From the NCBI GenBank assembly GCA_951406725.2, contig OX597818.1:32612001-32676000 (forward strand): a stretch of DNA of 64,000 nt, read 5' to 3'. A model generated the notes under the pieces. The model made no database searches, was not told where the DNA came from, and saw nothing but the letters and a program-made list of their open reading frames with translations. This DNA is from Octopus vulgaris. Lineage: Eukaryota. Below, piece after piece: positions 43,669 to 53,815 of this stretch. The position numbers were made by a program, and so were the translations under genes. Every line of letters begins with the position of its first letter. Position 1 is the stretch's first letter.

Positions 43669-44404
43669 AATAACAAAAGAATTTATAATAACTAGATACA
43701 GATTTCCAGATAGCAAAAGGATTAATTAATTGATCATGTACATTTGATATGCGAATCATTTATTTAATAAATATAAACAAAACTTTCTTTTAACTACATT
43801 TCTTTTCTTTTCCTTCTGTTGGCAGGGAGATTTGAAACAATTTCTTCTTGCTACAAGAAACGACAATGGAAAACGTATTGCTCGTGCCCCACCACTGACA
43901 ATTCCACAGAAACTGAATCTATGTCGACAGGTATCAATGGGAATGGAACACTTGGCTAGCAACCGATTCATTCATAAAGATTTAGCATCAAGGAATGTGT
44001 TGCTAACAAACAGACTAGATGTAAAGATATCGTTGTTGTCACTGTGTCGTGATGTGTATGCCCAGGAGTATTACCCACATTTTCAATGTCTCATTCCATT
44101 ACGGTGGATGCCACCCGAGGCCGTTTTAGATGATGAATTCTCAACTAAAAGTGATGTGTGGTCGTTTGGAGTTTTTATGTGGGAAGTTTTTCATCTGGGA
44201 GAGTTGCCTCATAAGTCAAAGACCAACGAGGAATTACTTAAATGTATCAAAGTCGATGACATCTCCCTAGATATCTGTGACCAATGCTTGCCAGGAATAG
44301 CTGAATTGATCAGGAAGTGTACACAACTTAATGCTAAAGACAGACCCCAGTTCAACGAAATAAGTACTGCTCTAGGAGAGCTTAATACAGAAAACAATGT
44401 TTGA
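1102..44404 (+). CDS. PTK7: PTK7/CCK4/off-track-like inactive receptor tyrosine kinase, 5'-partial; join(1102..1249,4787..5053,12336..12487,27846..27966,31197..31370,33336..33584,42385..42617,43826..44404)
   Basis: Eight GT-AG exons splice in frame (intron phases 1,1,0,1,1,1,0; total 1923 nt) into Ig-Ig-Ig-TM-juxtamembrane-kinase. Kinase motifs are [31 protein letters not shown] (no DFG), [27 protein letters not shown], typical of the PTK7 family. Confidence 0.9.
1347..1732 (+). mobile_element. tRNA-derived SINE (body A, tail X)
   Basis: A box tggcccagtgg, B box ggtttcgattcc; TSD atatgtctt at 1338-1346 and 1733-1741. Confidence 0.85.
2660..3255. repeat. Compound (TA)n/(TATG)n/(CA)n microsatellite
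   Basis: Direct inspection; source of the YI/MY-repeat pseudo-ORFs. Confidence 0.95.
4143..4649 (-). mobile_element. Internally deleted mariner (507 bp)
   Basis: TIRs ttgggttatccggaaaattcgtgccgatt / aatcggcacgaactttccggacaacccaa; TA at 4141-42 and 4650-51; retains only the transposase C-terminus [26 protein letters not shown]. Confidence 0.9.
4787..5053 (+). CDS. PTK7: PTK7 exon: complete Ig domain
   Basis: Acceptor ttttcag|AA; KLRFSPAP...IECKA...ITWLKDG...DAGYYTC...ITVEVV; donor G|gtaaga (phase 1-1). Confidence 0.9.
6143..6541 (+). mobile_element. SINE family C, dimeric, followed by a further head fragment
   Basis: Homologous to 511-929; second body unit starts right after aaagaaata at ~6351; extra head aaggcagcgagctgacagaatcg at 6519-6541. 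Confidence 0.8.
9080..9370. repeat. Trinucleotide microsatellite cluster (AAT, GGT, GAC, GAT)
   Basis: Direct inspection. Confidence 0.85.
9783..10046 (-). mobile_element. tRNA-headed SINE-like element with Penelope-like tail containing a hammerhead-ribozyme-like motif
   Basis: Minus strand: A box tgacgtagtgg and B box gagttcgattcc (9966-10038), an (AAT)n linker, then CAC-CGGATGA-aaactg...cagcc-GAAACGTC-GTG. Direct repeat atggatat at 9775-9782 and 10047-10054. Confidence 0.7.
9832..9873 (-). ncRNA. Degenerate minimal type I hammerhead ribozyme
   Basis: Stem I CAC/GTG; core CGGATGA (CUGAUGA with one change); stem II ctg/cag with mismatched base; GAAA; palindromic stem III ACGT; GUC cleavage triplet. 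Confidence 0.55.
10677..11116 (-). mobile_element. SINE family B (CORE-like ccttgggcaagtgtctt, internal TA/TG microsatellite, AAAAGAGT tail)
   Basis: Colinear with copies at 12989, 20611, 28571, 58358 and 60767. Confidence 0.85.
12336..12487 (+). CDS. PTK7: PTK7 exon: N-terminal half of last Ig domain
   Basis: Acceptor ttttcag|AA; [37 protein letters not shown]...RFE; donor GAG|gtaaat (phase 0). Confidence 0.9.
12989..13388 (-). mobile_element. SINE family B
   Basis: Homology to 10677-11116; embedded in (TA)n on both sides. Confidence 0.85.
13709..13770 (-). ncRNA. Possible degenerate type I hammerhead ribozyme (Penelope-like relic)
   Basis: Minus strand: aatag-CCGACGA-gaatg...cattc-GAAA-ctccgac-TA-ctatt. 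Stems I and II are perfect 5-bp helices; core and stem III each carry one substitution. Confidence 0.4.
14270..14708. repeat. (AAT)n tract at 14270-14352 and (ATT)n tract at 14601-14708
   Basis: Direct inspection. Confidence 0.9.
15702..16141 (-). mobile_element. 5'-truncated non-LTR retrotransposon 3' end, probably Tx1/L1-like
   Basis: Minus strand reads [37 protein letters not shown], then a 3' UTR ending ...gtggccaataaagaaata; flanked by an imperfect atagataga(g/t)agat duplication. Clade assignment is inference. Confidence 0.6.
16185..16410 (+). mobile_element. SINE family B, 3' half
   Basis: ttagcggttcggcaaaag...ccccagcatggccgcag...ctgaaacaagtaaaag. Confidence 0.75.
17146..18418 (+). 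mobile_element. Full-length mariner (DD34D) transposon, 1273 bp, inactive
   Basis: TIRs tcgggccatcccataagttctgtccga / tcggacagaacttatgggatgacctga; TA at 17144-45 and 18419-20. Confidence 0.95.
17318..18343 (+). pseudogene. Mariner transposase pseudogene
   Basis: [10 protein letters not shown]...WVPHEL...TGDEKW...HQDNARPH...[12 protein letters not shown], with 34 residues between the second and third Asp; about four frameshifts and a TAG at 18299. Confidence 0.92.
18421..19258 (+). repeat. Diverged tandem duplication, ~420-bp unit
   Basis: 18421-18838 aligns with 18839-19258 (e.g. gctatattcagattactgt and ctcccattttacgagtcatttacgca each occur twice). Confidence 0.85.
20611..21025 (+). mobile_element. 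SINE family B
   Basis: Colinear homology with other B copies. Confidence 0.85.
22380..22712. repeat. (TA)n/(TATG)n microsatellite
   Basis: Direct inspection. Confidence 0.95.
24175..24580 (-). mobile_element. Tx1/L1-like reverse transcriptase fragment, interrupted by the hAT MITE
   Basis: After removing the MITE and one TSD the minus strand reads [41 protein letters not shown], matching the QTCAIPGRSI...LDQSKAFD pattern of L1/Tx1 RT. Confidence 0.75.
24240..24455. mobile_element. hAT-family MITE (216 bp)
   Basis: Perfect 16-bp TIR caggggtgggcaaact / agtttgcccacccctg; perfect 8-bp TSD ctctacag (24232-39, 24456-63); subterminal gcgggccgc repeats. Confidence 0.93.
27846..27966 (+). CDS. PTK7: PTK7 exon: C-terminal half of last Ig domain
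   Basis: Acceptor ttttcag|ATG; [40 protein letters not shown]; donor A|gtaagt. Confidence 0.9.
28330..28560 (+). mobile_element. Old family C-related SINE with alternative tail (...aattgctggc...ccaaaattcgaaa type)
   Basis: Shares head and core with 511-929 but lacks the AAAGAAATA tail; similar relics at 39900-40070 and 53290-53410. Confidence 0.65.
28571..28996 (+). mobile_element. SINE family B
   Basis: Colinear homology; internal (GT)n. Confidence 0.85.
30438..31110. repeat. (CA)n, (TCTA)n/(TCTG)n and (CT)n microsatellite block
   Basis: Direct inspection. Confidence 0.9.
31197..31370 (+). CDS. PTK7: PTK7 exon: transmembrane helix (absent from ORF track)
   Basis: Acceptor ttttaacag|GT; [58 protein letters not shown], a hydrophobic span followed by a basic stop-transfer; donor A|gtacgt; phase 1-1 fits both neighbours. 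Confidence 0.88.
31760..31990 (+). mobile_element. SINE family C, monomer
   Basis: Full head-core-tail; imperfect TSD tatgtactggagacaaag / tatgtattggggacaaag. Confidence 0.88.
32545..33175 (+). mobile_element. SINE family B, interrupted by a younger SINE
   Basis: B-type 5' half at 32545-32771 and 3' half at 33031-33175. Confidence 0.75.
32772..33030 (-). mobile_element. tRNA-derived SINE (body B', tail Y), nested in SINE B
   Basis: 13-bp TSD gttggattgttta at 32759-32771 and 33031-33043; reverse complement of the 38863 element. Confidence 0.9.
33336..33584 (+). CDS. PTK7: PTK7 exon: juxtamembrane region
   Basis: Long polypyrimidine tract then acag|AC; [17 protein letters not shown]...[21 protein letters not shown]; donor G|gtaaaa supplies the first base of the first Gly codon of GxGxxG. 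Confidence 0.85.
34978..36050 (+). mobile_element. Cluster of CpG-decayed SINE B pieces with an unrelated ~350-bp repeat-like insert (35140-35490)
   Basis: Repeated caagtgtcttcta...ctgaccaaagcc...ggtagacagaaactg segments. Confidence 0.65.
37113..38397 (-). mobile_element. Degenerate near-full-length mariner
   Basis: TIRs ttggctcattccataaatgatg / cattatttatgggatgacccaa; transposase pieces [31 protein letters not shown] and KVLLSVWWD in shifting frames. Confidence 0.88.
38410..38730 (+). mobile_element. Non-LTR retrotransposon relic, restriction-like endonuclease (RLE; R4/Dong-like) region
   Basis: KCLIIDI...[19 protein letters not shown] resembles the IID...KExEKxxKYxDL motif of RLE-bearing LINEs; second copy at 39237-39440. 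Confidence 0.6.
38863..39125 (+). mobile_element. tRNA-derived SINE (body B', tail Y)
   Basis: A box tggcttagtgg, B box ggtttcgattcc; 15-bp TSD tttataatactttat at 38848-38862 and 39126-39140. Confidence 0.92.
39237..39440 (+). mobile_element. Second RLE-LINE relic
   Basis: [36 protein letters not shown]; aligns to 38602-38724. Confidence 0.6.
39667..40070 (+). mobile_element. Old C-type SINE containing a young headless C unit (39728-39881)
   Basis: Young unit flanked by ggtttttagcccatcttt (39710-27) and ggtatttagtccatcttt (39882-99); CpGs are intact inside and decayed outside. Confidence 0.75.
42385..42617 (+). CDS. PTK7: PTK7 exon: kinase N-lobe
   Basis: Acceptor ttgcag|GA; [11 protein letters not shown]...LVVVKSL...[39 protein letters not shown]; donor TGG|gtgtgt. 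Confidence 0.92.
43040..43277 (-). mobile_element. Degenerate SINE B 5' half
   Basis: ggctttggttggc...gaagacact...aacagccacacctgc. Confidence 0.55.
43357..43495 (-). mobile_element. Short LINE/SINE 3'-tail fragment (RTE-type tail by resemblance)
   Basis: ctttccatgggttagatggtttgac...ggctgga...gcccttcctgac; related + strand piece at 50895-51045 ending in (GAT)n. Confidence 0.45.
43826..44404 (+). CDS. PTK7: PTK7 terminal coding exon: kinase C-lobe and stop
   Basis: Acceptor ggcag|GGA; [11 protein letters not shown]...[11 protein letters not shown]...[23 protein letters not shown]. Confidence 0.92.
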   Translation, partial: GDLKQFLLATRNDNGKRIARAPPLTIPQKLNLCRQVSMGMEHLASNRFIHKDLASRNVLLTNRLDVKISLLSLCRDVYAQEYYPHFQCLIPLRWMPPEAVLDDEFSTKSDVWSFGVFMWEVFHLGELPHKSKTNEELLKCIKVDDISLDICDQCLPGIAELIRKCTQLNAKDRPQFNEISTALGELNTENNV

Positions 44405-44470
44405 AGGGTGAGAAAGAGTTTTTAAAAAAAAAAACTACACGTAAAGATCCAATAACATTTAAAAATAGAT

Positions 44471-44584
44471 AATAAATAAAAGAAAATTCATATTCACAAG
44501 GAAAAAATTGGAAAAGCCCAGGATTAAAAAAATATATATGTAATATCACAATTAATAAACTACTTTGATTATGGCACTAATAAA
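44471..44584 (+). promoter_or_regulatory. Candidate polyadenylation signals of PTK7
   Basis: AATAAA at 44471, 44475, 44554 and 44579 shortly after the stop. The context is very AT-rich, so these may be chance matches. Confidence 0.3.
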
Positions 44585-45449
44585 AGAAAAGAAAAGAAAA
44601 GAAAAGAGAACCTGAATAAGCCAATTCAGATTTCTCATTATTTTTATTTGTGTCATTTAATATACTCGAGATGGTCGAGTGAGACATATTGTTTTTTCTA
44701 AGAAACATTGAATACAAGAAACCAGTGAGTGAAAACTGTTGAACTGTTCACGAGAAGTTTGTTGTAGACTAACTTTATCAAAATTGATATCTGTGAAACC
44801 AAAATTAAAAAGAAAATTTAAATGAACGTCACAAAAACAACAATACCAAAAAATAAAAAAACAAAACCCAACAAGATTTTAAATTAAAAATATTTACATA
44901 TGAAAACATATGAAATATTTCAACGATTTTTTTTTTTTTTTAAATATATATTTAAGGGCAGATAAAGTGGAGGAAGACCATGAATAATGATTGTGAATGA
45001 TCTTAGAGTGGGTAATAAATCATGAGAAATAACATAAAAATAAATATGATAAAAATTAAATAATAATTAAATAATAATTAATAATAATAATTATAATAAT
45101 AATAATAAAAATGATAATAATAACATTGATGAAAGAAGATGATAACTGGAAATGGTAATGGCGATAAAAATGATGAATCAGAACACAGTTGCGAAATATA
45201 TCTACACAATCTATTTTTACTATATAAATGTATTGAAGAGTGACAGCTATTGAGGCCATCATTTGTCACAAATTGAATTCAGTATATTAGAGACAAAAAT
45301 AAAGAAGCAGCAATAGCCGCAATAGTACAAAAAGCAGCAATAACAATAATGTTACTCACAACCATTTACAATAGAAACTGACGATAAAAATGTTCTTTAC
45401 TTATATTATATATAGGACAGAACTTTAAAAACTAAAATATATGACACTT

Positions 45450-45457
45450 ACATATAT

Positions 45458-45522
<65 letters not shown>

Positions 45523-45559
45523 GTATATATATATATACATGTATGTATATACATACATG

Positions 45560-45630
<71 letters not shown>

Positions 45631-45866
45631 CTGTGTGTGTGTGAATGTATATATATACATGTATGCATATATATATATGTACACATACACATTGTGTGTG
45701 CATATACATATATACACACGTATCTATGCACTCTCACACATTCACATATCTGTATATAAATGCATGATATATAAATTTCATATGTGATGCATTATATATG
45801 AATATGATATGTGATATAATATAGCTATATATAGATAGATAAATAGATAGAAAGGTAGATAGATAG

Positions 45867-45915
<49 letters not shown>

Positions 45916-46033
45916 TCTATATATATGGATAGATATGTATGTGTATATATATGTATACACATATATCTATGTATGTCTATATATATCTATGTATCTATAT
46001 ATATGTGCATATGTGTATGTATATATACATGTG

Positions 46034-46084
<51 letters not shown>

Positions 46085-46656
46085 AAATATTGAAGCACTG
46101 AGAGAGTGGACAACATTTTGGAAATTCAAAAAATTTCAAATGCAGAGAGATACTATGAGATGTGCATTAGAAAATGAGGCTAAACAATACACCTAAAGAA
46201 AGGAGTGGCCCTCAGCTGCTACTGAGAATCAAACTCTATACATGCCAATACTCTCTAGTGGCTGCTGGTCACTGTTTTCTGTCTGTAGGGGAATTTTTAT
46301 CAAATTCTCTAAAGCTGCTCTCTCAGTGCTTTTTGTACAGTTCATGTTTTCTCAATTTCTAAATGTATGTATATATGTATGTATTCATGCATGCATGTAT
46401 GTGTGTGTGTATGAATGTATGTATGAATGTCTGTCTGTCTATCAATCTATCTATCTATCTATCTATCAATCTATCTGTCTATCCATCAATCAATCAATCT
46501 GTCTGCCTGCCTATGTGTATGTATACATATATATATATATCTGTATATATATATGTACGCATGTGCATATACATATATATATCTATATATATATACATGT
46601 ATATATATATCTATATATCTATATATATATACACGTATATATATATATATGTATCT

Positions 46657-46711
<55 letters not shown>

Positions 46712-46725
46712 ATATATATATACAC

Positions 46726-46765
<40 letters not shown>

Positions 46766-47055
46766 CACACACATATACACTCTCATATATAAATACATAC
46801 CACCTACTTCAGCTGTCCCAAAGAATTTGTTTGTATTGCTGCTTTGCTAGGTCTAGTCATTGTTAAACCCAATGCTGAAATTTTCATGAGAATGCTTTAG
46901 GACTTACAAAATCTCAATCATATATTGCACATACATTAAGCCCGTCCAAACCAATACTAACTGAAATTATATGGCAAGTAAATAAAATAACCTTTCTTTT
47001 ATGCTTTCAATAGTAAAATTCATTAGGATGATCGTTGTAGACATGTCGACTTACA

Positions 47056-47115
<60 letters not shown>

Positions 47116-47323
47116 CGTAGATTCATGCATAAACACACACACATATATACATCTATTGATATACAAATGTGTGTTTGTGTGTGTACATTCATATAAGGAT
47201 TTATGTACGAATATTAAATGTTCATATCTGTGTATTTGAATGTATATAGAAATAGACGTCTATCAATAGGTATGCATCTATGTATATACATATGCATACA
47301 TATATATACATATATATATATAC

Positions 47324-47392
<69 letters not shown>

Positions 47393-47904
47393 TATATGTA
47401 TGTACATGCATATATATATATAAATATATATATCAATGTGTTTTAATAGACATGTGTATAGTGTGCCTGTGTGTTTCTGTGTATAAAAACACACACACAT
47501 ATGGATGCCAAGAGTATCTATGTGAAAATATATTTACATGTAATAATATATATGTTATGGGTCTATACATAACTATATATTAAATGTCATGTGCATATGC
47601 ATGTATGTATATTTTCTGTTTACACGTATATTCATATATATGTATGCATATATATATTTGTGTATGTATATACCTTTTATGTAGATGCATGTGTATATAT
47701 ATGTGTGTGTGTGTATGTTTATATATATATATATTTATGTGTATATATATATATATGTGCATATATATATATGTGTATATATTCATATATATCACATGAC
47801 CGACCAGTCCATCAGATGTAGTTACACATCGCTGGTCACAATGCGTTCGCATTGTTTTAGCCTTTGAATGATGCCACCCCACTGGCTAAGCGAGCAGGCC
47901 AATA

Positions 47905-47955
<51 letters not shown>

Positions 47956-48780
47956 GTATGGATATTTGCATATGAATATATATATTCAGACACACATACA
48001 CACACACATATATTTATATATATGTTTATTATATAGTCATTTGTGTGTGTATATTGCACATGTGAATTATGTTAATTGACAGTTATCTACACACATATTT
48101 TCATACATGCACATACGTGCTTTTAGATAATTAGGTGCACAGTGATGTGATATATATGTATATACATGTCTTGCATATATGTGTGTGTGGTTGTAGCAAT
48201 AACTGTGCATGTCCCCCTTATATGTGCATCTATCTTTTACTGTGGCATTTATAGCTACCTATCTTTCTATTTATCTATTTGTCTGTCTGTCTGTCTATTT
48301 CTTCACTTGCATCCACACGTATATTAAAAAATATCTGTGTATAGATTCATATATATATGTATATGTATAAGTATATAGGTAAATAAAAATATAGATATAT
48401 GTATATATATGTATATGTATACTTATATATGCAAATATATGTATATATACTTATATATTTATAATATGTATATGTATATATATATTTAGATTGATGGATA
48501 TATACTTAAATATATATTTATATATATATATATATATACACATAGACATATACTATTAAGTTGCTATTAGACATGGCCTGGACCAATCTTTGGCCAAAAC
48601 ATCTAAGTTTATATATATATATAACCTTGTATAATTTATATATATATATATATATATATATATGCTTATAAACTTTTAATGCACACTCACACACACATAC
48701 TTACTTATATATATATATTTGTATTTATATATATATATATTTTTACACATATATATACATTTTCACACACACATGCACAT
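45450..48780. repeat. Dense TA/TG/TCTA microsatellite region downstream of PTK7
   Basis: Direct inspection. Confidence 0.9.
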
Positions 48781-48789
48781 ATATTTATA

Positions 48790-49690
48790 TATGAGTTGTC
48801 AGGTCTGAGAGATTTGTTTTCCTCATTTATTTCCATCCCTACATTCAAGCAACTGTTTTGCACAGATTGGTTTCTAATTTATTTTACTTTTTGTTCATGA
48901 CTTCTTGCCAAAGTTCTACTCTCGTGTCAATGCTTTGATGGTCAAAATTTCCAGGTCTTAACGAGAAAAATTTATTGAGCCACATTTTCTGCTCTATCCA
49001 GACTGCTTGAGACTGACCAAAAAAAAGGTGATAATTTAAGGTGGTTTATCAGGAGAATATGTGGTCATGGTAGGACTACATAAAGCAGCTCTTGATTTGC
49101 ATTTTTGATCAGATTTGTGATGTTGAGGCAGGTGTTGTTGTGCTAAAGAAGTGCAGCTTGTTGCTTGACAGGGTGTTTCAGCTGAATTGCCCACCGTGTG
49201 AATATGACAAGCAGTAGTATCATGAGATCATCTAATCTGCTTGGACAATTCACTAGTCAATTGGAGTGGATCCTACTGAATGAAATTATTTAATCAATCC
49301 TCAGAAAAATAGAGAAGTTGGCCAGAATATGGAGAGTATATGAGGTTGAATTTGCCCCACCTTGAAGCATGGAAACCATTCCTGTGAAGCTTTAAGTTAT
49401 GGCACATTTTTTTTGTATGCAGCTCAAGTTTTGTGGAGTGACATTATAACTTTTGAAATCTTGGCTGAAGGTGAAACGAAGCAGGTGTCAAAAACTCTAA
49501 TTTTTTTTTCCTGCTTAGCACTCCATTGTGATACATCTGAAAAGAGGTAAAAATGATTCAAATTTCAAAATCAGTAAACAAAAGTTCTAAAGAAAGGACT
49601 GAAAAAAACCCCTATAAAACACTACAATGAAATATTCTTCATGTTAATTCAAATACTAGAATAAGATGAATAAAATCTGACAACCAATAT
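48790..49690 (-). mobile_element. Highly decayed mariner relic
   Basis: Imperfect ends gagttgtcaggt / atctgacaacca; minus-strand remnants resembling QEWFxxFKxGxFNL (49340-49385) and PYSPD (49040-49075). Confidence 0.5.
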
Positions 49691-51091
49691 ATGTGTGTGT
49701 GTATATATATATATATATATCATGAGTATATATGTGTGTGTAATATGTACATTAAACATAAATGTTTTATATACAGACATACCTATATATACGTATAGTG
49801 TATCTATTTATGCTGCAAACACATATGTATATATCTATATAACTATGTAGATATTTATATATATATATGCATATACACACACATACACATATGTATTTAT
49901 AACGATATATTTATACATGTGTGTATGCATATGCATGTATATGAGTCATCTCTCATATATATATATATATATGTATGTATGTATATATATCTACATGACC
50001 ACTTCGCTACACTGTACATCTGTGCAAACATTCCGAGAGTCCAAAAGGTTCCTGGGTGTGAATTCATTTTAAGTGGATAAAGTGTTGCACTGCACTGAAC
50101 CACCTGTTCAGTAAAATTGGCTCTAAAACTTATGGCACAATTGCTATTGAGTTGACCGTTGACCAGAAACAAGCTTCACTACAGGTCTTAAGTTTACCTT
50201 CTTGAGGAAGGATAGATGTTCTGACAAGAACTAGGGGTCCTTCGCTCACAGTGGATTGACATGCTAGTTAACACACAGCTGGGAGTCTTGGCAGGTGCTA
50301 CAACTTCAGGTCATTATAGACCTTGGAATAATAATGGCTAAGTGGTGGTTCGACACTTCTTAAAATTCTGGAAACTCTCATGCAAGAGTCCCACTACAAG
50401 ATGCAATTTAAAGACACACCTGGAACATAAATATATATATATATATATATATTCATATTCATAATATATATATATATATATATCTATATATTATGTATGT
50501 GTATATATATATATATATATTATTCATACATGTATATATATATATATATATCATGTATGAATAAAGATATGTGTGTGAATGACTATATGTGCATGTATGT
50601 ATGAATATATATGTATATATGTGTGCATGTGTATATTAATACATGTATACGATATATTTACCTATACACATGTATTATAAAATTTATGCTCACATGTGAA
50701 TATATAAATATACGTGTGTGACAAACTTTGAACTCCTCTACAGCAAGAAATCTGTTCATATCTGGCTTCTTCCCCTGTGTATTAAGACCTCATCTATCTT
50801 CCTTGGTGTTCTTGTTTAGTTATGCAACATAATTGCTGAGAGCAGTTGTGCTGATGGTATCAAAAGGTGCACTGAGAATATGATCGAACGTGATTGGAGC
50901 TAGGAAGGGCATCTAGCCATAGAAGCAATGTCCAAGGATACAATGGAACATGATGCTATCTTTGAACCTGTCAGATCATCTCACACCGTCCAACCTAAGC
51001 CAATAGGGATTAGCTATGTAAGGTGATAATGATGATGATGATGACTTTCCCTATACATACACATATATGTATATATGTATTGTTTTATATA

Positions 51092-51124
<33 letters not shown>

Positions 51125-51349
51125 GTGTATACTTATATATATATGTGTGTGTGTATACATATATATATATATATATTTGTGTGTGTGTGTGTGTATATAT
51201 ACATACATGTGTGTGTGTGTGTATACATATATATATATATGTGTGTGTATACATATATATATATATGTGTGTGTGTGTATATACACACACATGCAAAAGA
51301 AATCTAATTTGTGCAGCTGATGGATACATATATATGCGTGTGTATGTAT

Positions 51350-51392
<43 letters not shown>

Positions 51393-53575
51393 GTATATAT
51401 ATATGTGTGTGTGTGTATACATGCATGCATTCATAAATATATACGTATCTATGAATACATAACTGTTCCATAAATACATGTATATATTTATGTATTTTGA
51501 TATATATATGTATGTATGTATATATATACATACATACATATATACACTCACATGTATATACATATCTATACAGATGTATATTTGTATAAGTTTATGTGTG
51601 TTCGGATTTTTGTTTTGAGTTTATGTTTCAGTAGCTATGATGTGAGGTTTCAGTATCTTCCCATTGCCACGTATGTCTGCATGTATAATATAATTTTTTT
51701 TTTATATATATATATTCTGAAAAGAACACAACAAACACCTTTGAAGTAACCCTTTATCAAAGACAATCCGGAATTAGCATCTCAATGAATTTATTGAACT
51801 AAACTTCATTAATCAACTCTCATTAATTCATCCTTCAAGAATATTTTACATATCTCATTATTTTCTGATTGTATGGGTTTTTCCTATACAATTCCATTTC
51901 TTTCCATTGTTTCATTATTTGTATGTTTACTATCGTCTTCAAAAATATTGAAGACACTTTGGCAGTAACATTAGAGCTACAAATTTAAAGCCTCACGTTT
52001 TTTTTTTTAGTCAAGTCACTCTATGAGCTGAAATTTACTCTTATTTGATGAGCTTTGTCTTTCAATCCCATCTGTGTTGATACATAAACAAACTGGTTTA
52101 ACAGTGGGTCTGCTTTAATGAACTATAATTTTCCGTAAACATTGAGGCATTGTGCCAAAGTTAGATATCATTCTTATTCCTTGCCTTATAGCCGTAGCAT
52201 ACCAAACTATGTTATGCCTTTCATTAATTACCTATGCTCATGTCAGTTTGGAAATCAAATCCTACTATTGTCGACTTTGCCTTCTATCTTGCTGGTGGTG
52301 GTCGATAAATGAAGTACCAACCCTAAACTGAAATATCTCCCTTTCACTATATATCCCCATTCTCCTACAATTTTTTAGGCTTGCCAATGTAAGAAGTCTT
52401 TACCATAAATATTTCGTTTTTGAGATAGGCACGAACTTCACAGCTAGCCATGTCTCTCCCTTCAATATATTAGGCCTTTGTGCCGACTCAAAACTATTAT
52501 TATGAAGACATTTTTTTATAAATATATTAACAGTTGCTAACTAAAATTAGTTACGCAATTCAAAGTATATGGTATAATGAAAAAGAAAAAAAAAACCAAA
52601 ACCAGAGACACACTTTGTTCTTTACTCCTAAGATAAAATTAAAAAGGAGCAAAGTTACTTATAAAATTCAAAACTAGAAAGAAATAAAACAAATGTATTT
52701 GAGAGGCCATCTTTTCCACAAATCTTGCCGCACTCACGTTTCAATATTAATTCCTGTAATTTTCCTTTTATCTAACTTAACATCATTCATCAGTTGCTTC
52801 ATTTTCAATCATCATTGTATAAATAATATATTGATTTGTTTGCTTGTTTGTTTTTTTGACATGATAATGTAGCAATCAGAAGAAAAGAAAAGAAAACAAT
52901 TACAAAAAAAAAAATCAAAAAAATTATTATAATGGACAACAACACCAACAACATAAAGAAAACGGACAATTTTTTTTGTGTGTGTGGAGGGGGGTACGTT
53001 AAGAAATTAAGTAATTAAAACGAAAACAAAACAAAAACAAAAAAAGAGATTTTTCTGAGTAAAGATTTGAGTATTTGTGAATAATTTTTCATATATATAT
53101 ACATGTATGTATATATATATATACATAATTTTATTGACTATGATGTATATAATTTTTTTCTGTATTTTCACTTTTCAATTTCATTTTTGTGATGTGTATA
53201 TATATATGTGTTCATGCATGTGTGTGTGTGTGTGGATTCAGGTGTTGTTTTAAAAGGTTCGAATGATTATATTATTAATTTTGTTTCCACCGATGCTGAA
53301 TTTGCCGTTTCAGCCTTTCCTGATTGATCGATTAAGTACCGGCTGAGCATTGAGGTCGATTCGCTCCCCACCCCTGAATTTCAGGCCTGGTGCCTATAAC
53401 AGATAGGGGTCGTCAAATTTATATATTACAGTATGAATGTGTTCATTGCAAGAAAGCCTTGAATTATATGACCAAGACCACGCATTGTTATTGATTTTAT
53501 TAACAAAAAGATATACGCAGCTTAAAATTAATAATGAAAATTATGCTCATGTATATGTGTGTACACTTATACATG

Positions 53576-53800
53576 AATGACCTACAAGGATTGGAAGTAG
53601 ATGTTTTCAAGAAGCACCTTGATCTACTGCTGTCTAAGATCCCAGATGAACCTGTATCACGGTAAGAAACTCACATGAGGGCAAAATTTTAAAATTATGT
53701 CATTCATCAAAAGCCTCGAAAATGGCCATCGAAGAGTGATGATAATGGCATTGCCCCAGCATGGCCAAAGCAGCTTGGCTGGAACACATAAAAGACAAAA
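53576..53800 (+). mobile_element. CR1/Jockey-group LINE 3' end
   Basis: NDLQGLEVDVFKKHLDLLLSKIPDEP, an ORF2 C-terminal FKxxLDxxL pattern, followed by 3' UTR tgccccagcatggcc...ctggaacacataaaagac. Confidence 0.65.
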
Positions 53801-53815
53801 ATGTGTGTGCATGAG

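Noticed and set aside
44390-44404. C-terminal PDZ-binding motif (ENNV)
   Set aside because: Ends in Val, but position -2 is Asn, which does not fit the canonical classes; no support.
51600-53200. Separate gene or exon in non-repetitive AU-rich DNA
   Set aside because: No ORF or splice-supported exon. It could be distal 3' UTR, but this cannot be supported from sequence alone.
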